A DNA stretch of 60,099 nt from the IMG/VR virus record IMGVR_UViG_3300020181_000001, positions 1 through 60,099 of that record; one strand, given 5' to 3'. The notes under the pieces were generated by a model. The model made no database searches. It was given only the letters and a program-made list of their open reading frames with translations, and was not told the origin of the DNA. The stretch is from a virus (Duplodnaviria > Caudoviricetes). Each line of letters begins with the position of its first letter. Within the stretch, counting starts at the first letter, position 1. The position numbers and the translations under genes are program-made. Of the stretch, positions 17,335 through 25,094 are shown piece after piece.

Positions 17335-18621
17335 CTATGCCTTTCGGAAGATAGCACCTTGGCATCCGATTAGAGTAACAGAGCTAACGAGACTTCCCCA
17401 CTTACTAACGTAAGTACCACCAAGATCAACGTAAGCACTGTTAGAGCCATATACATTGGCGTTGACAACCACGACACCCTTTTCAAACCGGCGAATCCAC
17501 ACGTTGGCCTTGACCGCACTACGTACTCCGAGGGGCTGCCCAAGGTCCCAGCTCATCTCCTCGTACCACGGTGTGGGGGCATCATAGCCGTCTGTCTGTG
17601 AGATCGGCGAGAAAGCAGCCTTTGTGTTGGTGCCAATGCCCATGTAGTACGACGCCAGTGCATAAGTGAATGCACGATTACCGTTACCATCGTACGTGTG
17701 GTGAGGCTGAACAAGAGTCATCTTACCATTTAGATCATTACTCGTGATCTCACTGACTTGCCGAGTCCAGCCCTCTGTGTATTCAGACAGGATGTTGGTA
17801 TTGCTGAATGTCAGCCACCACTCATCCCATCCACCATCAAGATAAGCCATATAAGATAACCATCGGCCACCATTACCGATGCGCGCATTGGAAAGGTTAC
17901 CGAGCATGCTCAGTCCGGCGTTGCGGAGCACAGGACCCACAGTGCTCAGGAAGTACTTATAAGCGTCCTGGAAAGCCGTCTCTGTGCCGTACAGCATGGG
18001 TACAACGCCACTGTGGTAGGTGTCCGGTGTCCACAGGAGATTATCAACCAGGATGCCATCCCACACGGGCCACTGCTGTTTCATCTTGGCAACGTTGGAA
18101 GCCCATTCCTTCTGGTAGTCGACGTGACCGATATCCATTTGCCAGTGACCGTTATAGCCGGAGTAGCTCAACCGATTACCGTTACGATCCTTGAGGAACC
18201 AATTTGTGCGGTACGTGTTGGCGTACTGGTAACTGACACCGGTAGGGAGAAGCCGGTAATCGGTGTTGCTGTCATAGCTGCGCGTACTACTGGCATCTTT
18301 GTAACAGAACACCTTGAGTGCCGGATTGTAACTCTTCAGCTTACCGGCCAGCACGTGATCCCAGGCATTGAGCATGACATAAGACCGGCGCTTAGCCTCG
18401 CGCTCGACCTCAGCATCAGAAGGCTTGTAGCCATTCCAGTTCACCCAATAGGAATGGAATGACTTTGCAGGTACAGATGGGGGATCAACTTGATTGACTG
18501 CTGCAATACCGGCTTTGGCAATAGCGACCCAATCCTCTTGTCCAATTGTATGATCAGCAGCTTCATTATGAAGACCGATTGCCATTCGTGCATATTCATC
18601 TTCAGTGAATGTGTAAACCAT
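17335..18621 (-). CDS. Putative glycoside hydrolase (TIM-barrel, GHL15-like) with a phage-type N-terminal extension
   Basis: LKSYNP.LKVFCYKD, WFLKD.NGNR, WQMDIG..DYQ..W, WDGILVDN, GGWDEWW and RRFEKGVVVVN motifs. Confidence 0.75.
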   Translation of the reverse strand: MVYTFTEDEYARMAIGLHNEAADHTIGQEDWVAIAKAGIAAVNQVDPPSVPAKSFHSYWVNWNGYKPSDAEVEREAKRRSYVMLNAWDHVLAGKLKSYNPALKVFCYKDASSTRSYDSNTDYRLLPTGVSYQYANTYRTNWFLKDRNGNRLSYSGYNGHWQMDIGHVDYQKEWASNVAKMKQQWPVWDGILVDNLLWTPDTYHSGVVPMLYGTETAFQDAYKYFLSTVGPVLRNAGLSMLGNLSNARIGNGGRWLSYMAYLDGGWDEWWLTFSNTNILSEYTEGWTRQVSEITSNDLNGKMTLVQPHHTYDGNGNRAFTYALASYYMGIGTNTKAAFSPISQTDGYDAPTPWYEEMSWDLGQPLGVRSAVKANVWIRRFEKGVVVVNANVYGSNSAYVDLGGTYVSKWGSLVSSVTLIGCQGAIFRKA

Positions 18622-18693
18622 CAGGTCCCTTTCTAACGTGGTACTGGGCAGTGCGGAGGTTTATGGTAGCACCTACAGACACCGCAGTAAATG

Positions 18694-18906
18694 TCAGCCG
18701 GACTCACTTCCAGCCTTTCGGTAAGCCATGCACCGTGTCGAGCCGGGTGAAGGCGGTGTAGGTGCGGGGAGGTATTGTGCGTCTAGCGCAGCTTTGGCAA
18801 TAGCTTTGAATTCGCACTCGTCCCAATGCATCATTGGGTCTAATTTACGCATGAGATGCTTTACTGAAAGCGTCGCTTTAGCTAGATCATTCTCTGAATA
18901 CATCAT
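18694..18906 (-). CDS. Hypothetical protein resembling the N-terminus of the neighbouring glycoside hydrolase
   Basis: Shared Y.E...A...AIAKA...PPS pattern. Confidence 0.6.
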   Translation of the reverse strand: MMYSENDLAKATLSVKHLMRKLDPMMHWDECEFKAIAKAALDAQYLPAPTPPSPGSTRCMAYRKAGSESG

Positions 18907-19181
18907 TTCCCCTCAGGTACTGGACGGTTACCGGGCCAGCCATGCGCGCCACCTAGACCACGTCGCATGTCAGAAGGGCAGGGTACCACGCGGTTGTCTC
19001 GATCGTTGATATCCGGCACATGTCCCGTAAAGGCAATCCCCCACACAACACGAAGAGCTTGCCATGTTGGATATTCGTCACAGTATTTGCACTCACCCGG
19101 AGCGTGCAATACTTGTTGATCACAGTGTGGTAGTGCTACCCCGCCTAGCTTACTGATGGCTTGATACATATCCATATTCAT
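18903..19181 (-). CDS. Hypothetical Cys/His protein
   Basis: PHCD...HAPGECKYCD; tiled. Confidence 0.65.
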   Translation of the reverse strand: MNMDMYQAISKLGGVALPHCDQQVLHAPGECKYCDEYPTWQALRVVWGIAFTGHVPDINDRDNRVVPCPSDMRRGLGGAHGWPGNRPVPEGK

Positions 19182-19184
19182 CCC

Positions 19185-19307
19185 CTATCCGTGTTGGCAA
19201 TTACCGTTTGCACAAGGTGAACACATAGCCGTTCCTGCGTCTACCCGATTACCACACCCGGGGCAACAGCACGTCGCCTGAAACCAGAGCTTGAGTCGAG
19301 AGAACAT
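19185..19307 (-). CDS. Cys-rich microprotein (40 aa, not in ORF track)
   Basis: GAGGAGG RBS; MFSRLKLWFQATCCCPGCGNRVDAGTAMCSPCANGNCQHG. Confidence 0.65.
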   Translation of the reverse strand: MFSRLKLWFQATCCCPGCGNRVDAGTAMCSPCANGNCQHG

Positions 19308-19380
19308 CTCAGCCTCCTCTATGCGACAAGCGGAGCACTCTTAACTCTCTAAGAGTACCCCGCCTGTCAACCTGTGTGGA

Positions 19381-19581
19381 TTAGTGGACCGTTCGGTAAG
19401 TGGGTGTCACCCAGCGTCCGATCTCAGCGTACCAGACCAGCACTCCGGCCCCTGGCACCTTGCGGACCTTGTGGGGTGCTTCGTGGTAGAGCTTGCGGTG
19501 GTCTACCAGGTTGATGACCTGTGAGTACGTGAGACCCTTGTACGGGTCCCTGACTTCCAGCCTGCCGTCTTCGTTCAGCAT
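19381..19581 (-). CDS. Hypothetical protein
   Basis: ORF with host-like codon use. Confidence 0.6.
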   Translation of the reverse strand: MLNEDGRLEVRDPYKGLTYSQVINLVDHRKLYHEAPHKVRKVPGAGVLVWYAEIGRWVTPTYRTVH

Positions 19582-19625
19582 GATCAGATCCGATCTGAGA
19601 GAAAGATTGATAGGGAATGAAAAGA

Positions 19626-19904
19626 CTAGTCGCTTTCCAGCTTCAGCAGTTCGGACACGGCGGGAATGCTGACCTTCTTGGCAGCCGGACGCGGCTTACG
19701 CGGAGAAGGCTTCTTAACAGCGGGAACCTTGGCGATTACGCGCTCTTCCAACCGTTCCACACGGAGCCACGTCTTCACTCCGTTGGACCACTCGATGTTG
19801 AACCAGGCTCCGGCGCTCTTGATCAACTTGCCTGTGTCTTCAGCGCCGTTATCAAACCGGTAGGTAATCTGCTGGCCAGTTTTGAACTCTGCGGTTGCTG
19901 CCAT
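19626..19904 (-). CDS. Hypothetical protein (SH3-like N-terminus, basic tail)
   Basis: FKTGQQI...GKL...IEW; own promoter. Confidence 0.6.
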   Translation of the reverse strand: MAATAEFKTGQQITYRFDNGAEDTGKLIKSAGAWFNIEWSNGVKTWLRVERLEERVIAKVPAVKKPSPRKPRPAAKKVSIPAVSELLKLESD

Positions 19905-19960
19905 GATCTTTCCTTTGTCAGCGCCAGGGCTCCGCCTAAACGCTCTTCATCTCTTTTCTA

Positions 19961-20014
19961 ACCTTAGCACAGATTCGGCAGGTTAGCCGATGCCACCAGT
20001 AACGCATCGATAAC
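19961..20014 (-). promoter_or_regulatory. Promoter with GTnAC-type box and poor -35
   Basis: GTTAT-CGATGC-GTTAC upstream of -10 TAAGGT. Confidence 0.55.
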
Positions 20015-20024
20015 ACCTCCTTTG

Positions 20025-20097
20025 TGACCCTAGAGGGATTCGAACCCTCACTGGCCGGATTTTGAGTCCGTTGCCTCTGCCGTTGGGCTACAGGGTC
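20025..20097 (-). tRNA. tRNA-Leu(CAA) with short variable loop
   Basis: GACCCTG/TAGGGTC acceptor, CGGA-CT-CAA-AA-TCCG anticodon arm, GAGGG-TTCGAAT-CCCTC T-arm, A73. Confidence 0.9.
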
Positions 20098-20101
20098 TTG
20101 A

Positions 20102-20173
20102 TGTCCCGTGCCGGACTTGAACCGACTCCCCCGCTTGGTTGGCAGGTGGTACTACCAGTTATACGAACGGGAC
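20102..20173 (-). tRNA. tRNA-shaped RNA with aberrant anticodon loop (CA-ACC-AA; nominal Gly-ACC)
   Basis: GTCCCGT/ACGGGAC acceptor, D-loop with GG, CCTGC/GCGGG stem, GTCGG-TTCAAGT-CCGGC T-arm; lacks U33. Confidence 0.75.
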
Positions 20174-20380
20174 TTGTATTCATTGGCTATGAATGGGGAA
20201 GAGGCAGCCACCCTAAGGGCCTCAACACTACCTCTTCCCTCACGGCTCCTCATCCTCGGCCAGTTAACCTCGGCGCTATTTGGAGACCGGGAGACTTTTC
20301 TTGACAGGGGCACTGCCTTTCCCCTTTGCGCAACTAGGTAGTTCTCACCCCGCGTACCCAGGGATCACCTAGCGTCAAGC
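20174..20380 (-). ncRNA. Putative structured RNA upstream of the tRNA pair
   Basis: 12-bp stem 20196-20207/20228-20239; CTTGAC/GTCAAG (20300-20379) enclosing CTAGGT/ACCTAG and AGGGG/CCCCT arms. Confidence 0.45.
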
Positions 20381-20381
20381 T

Positions 20382-20459
20382 TTACTTACGTCGTGAGCAC
20401 CACGGCTCATGTCGTCCAATGCCCCCGCACTCTTCACACTCTCCAGCGAGTCCGTCCAT
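20382..20459 (-). CDS. Zn-finger microprotein (25 aa)
   Basis: GAGGAGAGATCGAA-ATG; MDGLAGECEECGGIGRHEPWCSRRK. Confidence 0.6.
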   Translation of the reverse strand: MDGLAGECEECGGIGRHEPWCSRRK

Positions 20460-20475
20460 TTCGATCTCTCCTCAG

Positions 20476-20589
20476 TTATCGTCCGGCTGGAATAGTGCCT
20501 GTACCGTGACACCTCCCACACCAACCGCCAGGAGCGTTAGGGTTAGCACCTGATCCCCCGCATGAGGGACATGGTACCATTTCCGCCAT
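20476..20589 (-). CDS. DnaJ-type Zn-finger microprotein (37 aa)
   Basis: GGGGAGATCGAC-ATG; two CxxCxGxG motifs (CPSCGGSG, CGRCHGTG). Confidence 0.75.
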   Translation of the reverse strand: MAEMVPCPSCGGSGANPNAPGGWCGRCHGTGTIPAGR

Positions 20590-20631
20590 GTCGATCTCCC
20601 CTGATCTAGTGGTCTTCCCCTTACCTGTCTA

Positions 20632-20682
20632 ACAGTACGGGGCCGGATCGTCGTTGTCCAGACCCCGTAACCTAACTGTTAT
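20632..20682 (-). promoter_or_regulatory. Promoter with GTnAC-type box
   Basis: ATAAC-AGTTAG-GTTAC, 6 bp, TGGACA-17-TACTGT. Confidence 0.75.
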
Positions 20683-20936
20683 CAGCTTTCGTAGGTCGCG
20701 GTGATCGTGATCTGCACGTTCTCGCAGGAACCGAGCACCCATTCCAGGTAAGCCATCGCCCGACGCTTGTCTTCCGGCAGGTTGTCCAGGCCCTCCTGAA
20801 CGTTCATGATCTCACCGATGCCAAGGTTGAAGGTTTGCACGGTCTTCAGCGCGTTACCTTCAGAGTCGCGTTCGATCGTCTCAGAGTTCGGGTAGCGGGT
20901 TTCGATGCTCTCAACGCGGTTGGTCTTGAAGGCCAT
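20682..20936 (-). CDS. Hypothetical protein
   Basis: GAGGA RBS; own promoter. Confidence 0.7.
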   Translation of the reverse strand: MAFKTNRVESIETRYPNSETIERDSEGNALKTVQTFNLGIGEIMNVQEGLDNLPEDKRRAMAYLEWVLGSCENVQITITATYES

Positions 20937-21001
20937 TTCAGTTCCTCTGTCGGGCTAACCGGTGTCCCCCGGCTGCTTTGTGCTTTTCTCTTATGTGACT
21001 A

Positions 21002-21051
21002 ACCTTAGCCCCTGAGACCCTCGTTGTCCAGGGGCGTTATCGAGTTGTTAT
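21002..21051 (-). promoter_or_regulatory. Promoter with GTnAC-type box
   Basis: ATAAC-AACTCG-ATAAC, 5 bp, TGGACA-17-TAAGGT. Confidence 0.75.
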
Positions 21052-21195
21052 CTATCGCTTTTCGGTGTAGATCGCGATGCGGTCGAGAATCGAGACCTCA
21101 TTCGCGGGACCGGGGTTGTTGTGGTCCCAGTAAACTCACCAGTACTCGACCTTGTTACCGCGTTCGACCTGGAAGCGCCTCACCCGAACGTCCAT
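21052..21195 (-). pseudogene. Small gene interrupted by an in-frame TGA at codon 20 (pseudogene or readthrough)
   Basis: GAGGAG RBS and own promoter; MDVRVRRFQVERGNKVEYW*VYWDHNNPGPANEVSILDRIAIYTEKR. Confidence 0.55.
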
Positions 21196-21204
21196 CTCTG
21201 GCTC

Positions 21205-21228
21205 CTCTGTCTTGCTGATATAAGAACC
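21205..21228. repeat. 24-bp direct repeat, copy 1 (promoter -10/initial transcribed region)
   Basis: CTCTGTCTTGCTGATATAAGAACC, identical at 21507-21530. Confidence 0.85.
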
Positions 21229-21276
21229 CTAACATGAGGGGGCTCTAATCACAAGCCCCCGTTACCTCTTTGTTAT
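21226..21276 (-). promoter_or_regulatory. Promoter with GTnAC-type box
   Basis: ATAAC-AAAGAG-GTAAC, 6 bp, TTGTGA-17-TAGGGT. Confidence 0.75.
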
Positions 21277-21485
21277 TTCCCGTAAAGCTTTTCGTTAGCT
21301 GTCACGGCAGCAGACCAGAGCATCCGTTCTCCAGAACGGGTCAAAGCCAAGTAGCCATCACGGCCTTTACGAACTAGCTTGGGAAGATCAGAGAATGTGC
21401 TGAGTTCCGAGTTAGGAACGAGTACCTTTGACAGACTTGCCAGACGGTAAACCGTATCAGAGGGAGTAAAGTTCTTAGCGTCCAT
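21273..21485 (-). CDS. Hypothetical protein (possible minimal winged helix)
   Basis: GAGGAGG RBS; LVRKGRDGYLALTRSGE wing-like segment. Confidence 0.65.
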   Translation of the reverse strand: MDAKNFTPSDTVYRLASLSKVLVPNSELSTFSDLPKLVRKGRDGYLALTRSGERMLWSAAVTANEKLYGK

Positions 21486-21506
21486 CGTGGCCTCCTCGGT
21501 TTGTGT

Positions 21507-21530
21507 CTCTGTCTTGCTGATATAAGAACC
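21507..21530. repeat. 24-bp direct repeat, copy 2
   Basis: Identical to 21205-21228. Confidence 0.85.
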
Positions 21531-21588
21531 ATAGCAAGCGCGCTAACCCGGCACAAGCCCTAACATCTAACCGTTACCACCATGTTAT
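21528..21588 (-). promoter_or_regulatory. Promoter with GTnAC-type box about one helical turn further upstream
   Basis: ATAAC-ATGGTG-GTAAC, 16 bp, TTGTGC-17-TATGGT. Confidence 0.65.
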
Positions 21589-21636
21589 CTAACCCGATAC
21601 ATTCATAGGCAATGAAAGTACCCAGGACAAAGAGAA

Positions 21637-21653
21637 AGGCCCCCGTAGGGGCC
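21637..21653 (-). terminator. Terminator-like hairpin
   Basis: GGCCCC/GGGGCC stem followed by TTTCTCTTT on the minus strand. Confidence 0.6.
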
Positions 21654-21659
21654 GGTCTC

Positions 21660-21887
21660 TCAGAGGTCTCGCTTCCCGTTGTAGAACTGGCTGATGAAGG
21701 TGTCCTCGTCCTGCTCCACCCAGCTCTCCCAGACGCTGACGTGCGTCCCGTTGAGGCTCTCCTGTGCGGCTACCTCTTCCGCCTTCTCCACCGTGGTGGT
21801 GTTCTGAAGGACGTGACCATCGGTGCGCTTGATCAGGAACATCCTGGTCTCCCTGCTCGCTCTGTTGTTGTGCCTTAAGCTTGGCAC
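21660..21887 (-). CDS. Hypothetical protein
   Basis: Probable start MFLIKR after GGGAG. Confidence 0.65.
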   Translation of the reverse strand: MPSLRHNNRASRETRMFLIKRTDGHVLQNTTTVEKAEEVAAQESLNGTHVSVWESWVEQDEDTFISQFYNGKRDL

Positions 21888-21949
21888 GCCGAACAGCCCC
21901 CGTCAAGCCCTCAGCTAACACACCACCCTAACGGCCTAACGCGGCCTGA

Positions 21950-22168
21950 TTAGAGCTTGACCGGGTCAGCGTTCATCACCTGGTAAGCCTGCCTGTAGAC
22001 GTTACCTACACACGGGGATGTTTCAGATAGAGGCCTGCCGACATGGTTAACGAATGAACGATTACGGCTCTCTCCACACCGCTCACACATGTACACATAA
22101 ACCCGGTCAGGAAACTGCATCATATTCCCTTTCATAGCCGATGAATCTATCGGGTGTAGTGGTCCCAA
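21950..22168 (-). CDS. Hypothetical Zn-binding protein
   Basis: CERC...H...C. Confidence 0.5.
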   Translation of the reverse strand: MGPLHPIDSSAMKGNMMQFPDRVYVYMCERCGESRNRSFVNHVGRPLSETSPCVGNVYRQAYQVMNADPVKL

Positions 22169-22458
22169 AGCTTCTTCAGCAGCTCCGGCGTCTCATCGTC
22201 ACTCGGTACGGGGATCTGCGCGCGCTCGCAATCCTCACGGAACATGTCGAGCATGTCACTCGCGTATGGGCGCTGCATATCCGTAAGAATGGCGGTGGGG
22301 TGTGCTCCACCTTCTCTTGCCAGAGCCTCAACAATTCGGCCATATGCCGAGAGGTGCACGCTGTCCATTATTTCACCCATCCCTGAATCACAGTCCCGTT
22401 CACCACGGAACCACTGATGATGTTGACATTTCCCCAGAACTCTCCGACCAATACCCAA
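22147..22458 (-). CDS. Hypothetical protein
   Basis: ORF; start probably internal (MGEIM or MDSV). Confidence 0.5.
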   Translation of the reverse strand: MGIGRRVLGKCQHHQWFRGERDCDSGMGEIMDSVHLSAYGRIVEALAREGGAHPTAILTDMQRPYASDMLDMFREDCERAQIPVPSDDETPELLKKLWDHYTR

Positions 22459-22724
22459 CGATTGTTCACCATTCGATAGACGTAATTGTCTCGAATGATT
22501 TCGTGACCTTCGCTGTGTGGCATGGCACTACCCTAACACGTCAGAGCCTAGATCAACATCACGGGTTGGTAACTTCCGCATCGTGGAATTTGATCTTGAA
22601 AACTTCTCGGCTGAGACCTCTTCGTGGGCGACTCTCTCGGTAAAAAAGTATCTCTCCAACTAAGAGACTTCCCCCTGAACGCTTCCTGACCTGCATAAAC
22701 TGCTGGAGTTGAACATCATTTTAG

Positions 22725-22738
22725 ACTGACCAGTCAGT
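22725..22738. promoter_or_regulatory. Perfect inverted repeat, operator-like
   Basis: ACTGAC-CA-GTCAGT in a non-coding gap. Confidence 0.45.
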
Positions 22739-22777
22739 TCAAAGCGGTATTATCTGTTTACCTACCTTAGGTATCTA

Positions 22778-23569
22778 TCAGGCTTCCTCATCCATCGCGG
22801 TAGCTCCACAGTACGGGCAAAACAACCAGTGCCCTTCCAGCAGCCGACCACACCACTTACCACCACCATGAGTTTCCGCTGATACACCACCAGGACCTGT
22901 CCTGGAACACCTACGCCACGTCGATACCTGACTAGAGTCTGCTATCTCACTCGCTCCGTCACGCAATGCCTCACTACCACGACTAGAATGGGCAGCATCC
23001 CGAGAAACTTCGCGAACAACGCGAACCAAAGCACGATCCACCCGAGCCCGAAGAGCAATCGCGTATTCCTCACCAACTACCGGCTTTCTGCGCGCACCTT
23101 CACGCTTTCCATGTGCCGACCCTTTCGCCGGTCCTCTGGTCACCCGACCTTCAATCGAACCCTCACTGGTCGACAATCGTGCACGCTGAGCCTTACCGAC
23201 ATCAATCACCCCTCCCTCTTTGACTTCTACATCTGGACGCAACCGAGTTACCACACGAGGATTCCAAGGCCTATCACATTCCACACAGAAGGAATCAGCA
23301 CTGGGAGTCCAATACCCACAAATGCATTGCCATTCAGCTGTTGGTCCCTTTCCACTACCATCAATTCTCAACCGAGTCAACGCACCTTCCGCAGCCTTGC
23401 CCTTACTACCCTCCAGGTTAACCCCTAAGCCCGGTCCCAGTGCCGACCACACGAGTAACTCATAGAGGTCCACGAACGCCCTTGGCATGAACTTGAGAAC
23501 CTCATTCCGCACTGCCTCACGCTCTAGTCCCGCATCACTACCCCGACTTGATCTCGCGTCACCCATCAC
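22778..23569 (-). CDS. Hypothetical protein with two Zn-ribbon motifs
   Basis: WQCICG...FCVEC (RanBP2-like) and C...WCG...FCPYCG. Confidence 0.7.
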   Translation of the reverse strand: MMGDARSSRGSDAGLEREAVRNEVLKFMPRAFVDLYELLVWSALGPGLGVNLEGSKGKAAEGALTRLRIDGSGKGPTAEWQCICGYWTPSADSFCVECDRPWNPRVVTRLRPDVEVKEGGVIDVGKAQRARLSTSEGSIEGRVTRGPAKGSAHGKREGARRKPVVGEEYAIALRARVDRALVRVVREVSRDAAHSSRGSEALRDGASEIADSSQVSTWRRCSRTGPGGVSAETHGGGKWCGRLLEGHWLFCPYCGATAMDEEA

Positions 23570-24465
23570 ACATACCTTTCCAACACACTCATAGGGAATG
23601 AATCTACCTCGTCATCACTCAGGTCAAGCATACTCGATGCGCGAGGAATACCCCACTCAGGTGTGATTCCCCAATGACCACCGATAGAGCGCCACGGACA
23701 ATCCAGAGCAGGCTCAATTTCTCCCTTGTTCACCTGCATAATGTGATCATCAAGAGTATCTTGACGCCACCCACCTTCAATAACTAATTCATCATAGTCA
23801 TCGATCGGCATCAATTCGAACAACGGACGACATTGAGTATAACCGTAACTACGATCTTCATGCGCGCGCTCATTTACGCTGTCATAGAGCCAATCATCAC
23901 CACGGGTGTAATAAATACCGTCCACAGTAAGAGCTATCAACTTATGACCGTACCACAATTCAGTAGTTCCCGCATCCGGCCCACCCTTGACAGTAACCAG
24001 CCTTTCATTAGTCGATTGCATAAGCTCATCATAACCCTGACGTGGCTGCTGCTGTAGCGGAGGACTGGCAAGCGCAAAGTCTATCAACGGAGTAAGCTCA
24101 CCGGTTGCCGGATTGAACTCCATATGTGCGAGTACCTCACCAGGCTGAGGCATCTGAATTTCCCTCAAACCAAAACTGATCTCTTCTGCCAAACCTTCGC
24201 CAGTCCTAATTTCCTCAATCTCAACACCCGCCTCATTGAGCATCGAATTATCCACCCGATAGCTGAATGTCCCGCTGACTAACTCAACAGCCGCATCCCA
24301 CATAGGCCTGCCTTCTTGATCGACAGGAGCAATGCGAATGTTGCGCCAATTACCCTGGATAAATTCCACTGCCCGCTCCCGATATTCCCGTTGAATTTCA
24401 AAAGCCTCTCGTAAACTAAAGCTTCCTTCTTGAACCTGACCATAAGCCATCCAGTCAGCCATCAC
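23566..24465 (-). CDS. Hypothetical acidic protein
   Basis: Long ORF with coupled overlaps. Confidence 0.7.
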   Translation of the reverse strand: MMADWMAYGQVQEGSFSLREAFEIQREYRERAVEFIQGNWRNIRIAPVDQEGRPMWDAAVELVSGTFSYRVDNSMLNEAGVEIEEIRTGEGLAEEISFGLREIQMPQPGEVLAHMEFNPATGELTPLIDFALASPPLQQQPRQGYDELMQSTNERLVTVKGGPDAGTTELWYGHKLIALTVDGIYYTRGDDWLYDSVNERAHEDRSYGYTQCRPLFELMPIDDYDELVIEGGWRQDTLDDHIMQVNKGEIEPALDCPWRSIGGHWGITPEWGIPRASSMLDLSDDEVDSFPMSVLERYV

Positions 24466-25094
24466 TCGCTCCCGTCCACTAACCAGCCACGTTCGATGAT
24501 GTTACCCGCACTGTCCCTCAGCCGGTAAGCCCGCCACATCTCCGCTCGTGTCCGCTGCTCGGTAATGACACCCTTTCCCCGGTTTACCTCAACGTCGTAC
24601 GTGGTGCCATAAAACTCGAACACAGGTACCTCTGTGTCACTTTCGTCTTCAGCCGCACGGCCAAACCCGCTATCCGCGTCAAACGTAAATCCTACCGCAC
24701 CCATCTCAACTTCACGTTCACTGAGCGGACGCGTAACCGTAGCCGGGTCCACACACCTACCGCGCGGAAGCTGCACGTCTCGCGTCTCGATACCCCAAAC
24801 CTCAGCACCGCTGGTTCCATTAACACGCATACGTGATAGATACGTCTGTGCCGCGCTCTTACGCTGTCCAGACGCCAAACGTTGGTCCCTCGGATGAACA
24901 AACCTGCCCATCACCTTAGGTTCAGAAAACGGTCCCTCGGCCTCCATGTACTTGACCCACACACGAGCCTTGACGGTCGCTTGACGATGCTTGTCAAAGA
25001 GCGTCGGCCCACTAAAGGTCAGATGACATGCTGAGCAGTGCGAGGTGTTAGCCCCGGTCCATTCAGCGTCACATCCACCACACGTGAAGTTCAT
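24462..25094 (-). CDS. Zn-finger protein (FDxHR-type N-terminal domain)
   Basis: CGGC..W.G...HCSACH.TF....FDKHR. Confidence 0.75.
   Translation of the reverse strand: MNFTCGGCDAEWTGANTSHCSACHLTFSGPTLFDKHRQATVKARVWVKYMEAEGPFSEPKVMGRFVHPRDQRLASGQRKSAAQTYLSRMRVNGTSGAEVWGIETRDVQLPRGRCVDPATVTRPLSEREVEMGAVGFTFDADSGFGRAAEDESDTEVPVFEFYGTTYDVEVNRGKGVITEQRTRAEMWRAYRLRDSAGNIIERGWLVDGSE

Noticed and set aside
21052-21195. Genome-wide stop-codon reassignment
   Set aside because: All large genes are intact in the standard code, and TGA and TAG are used as normal stops.
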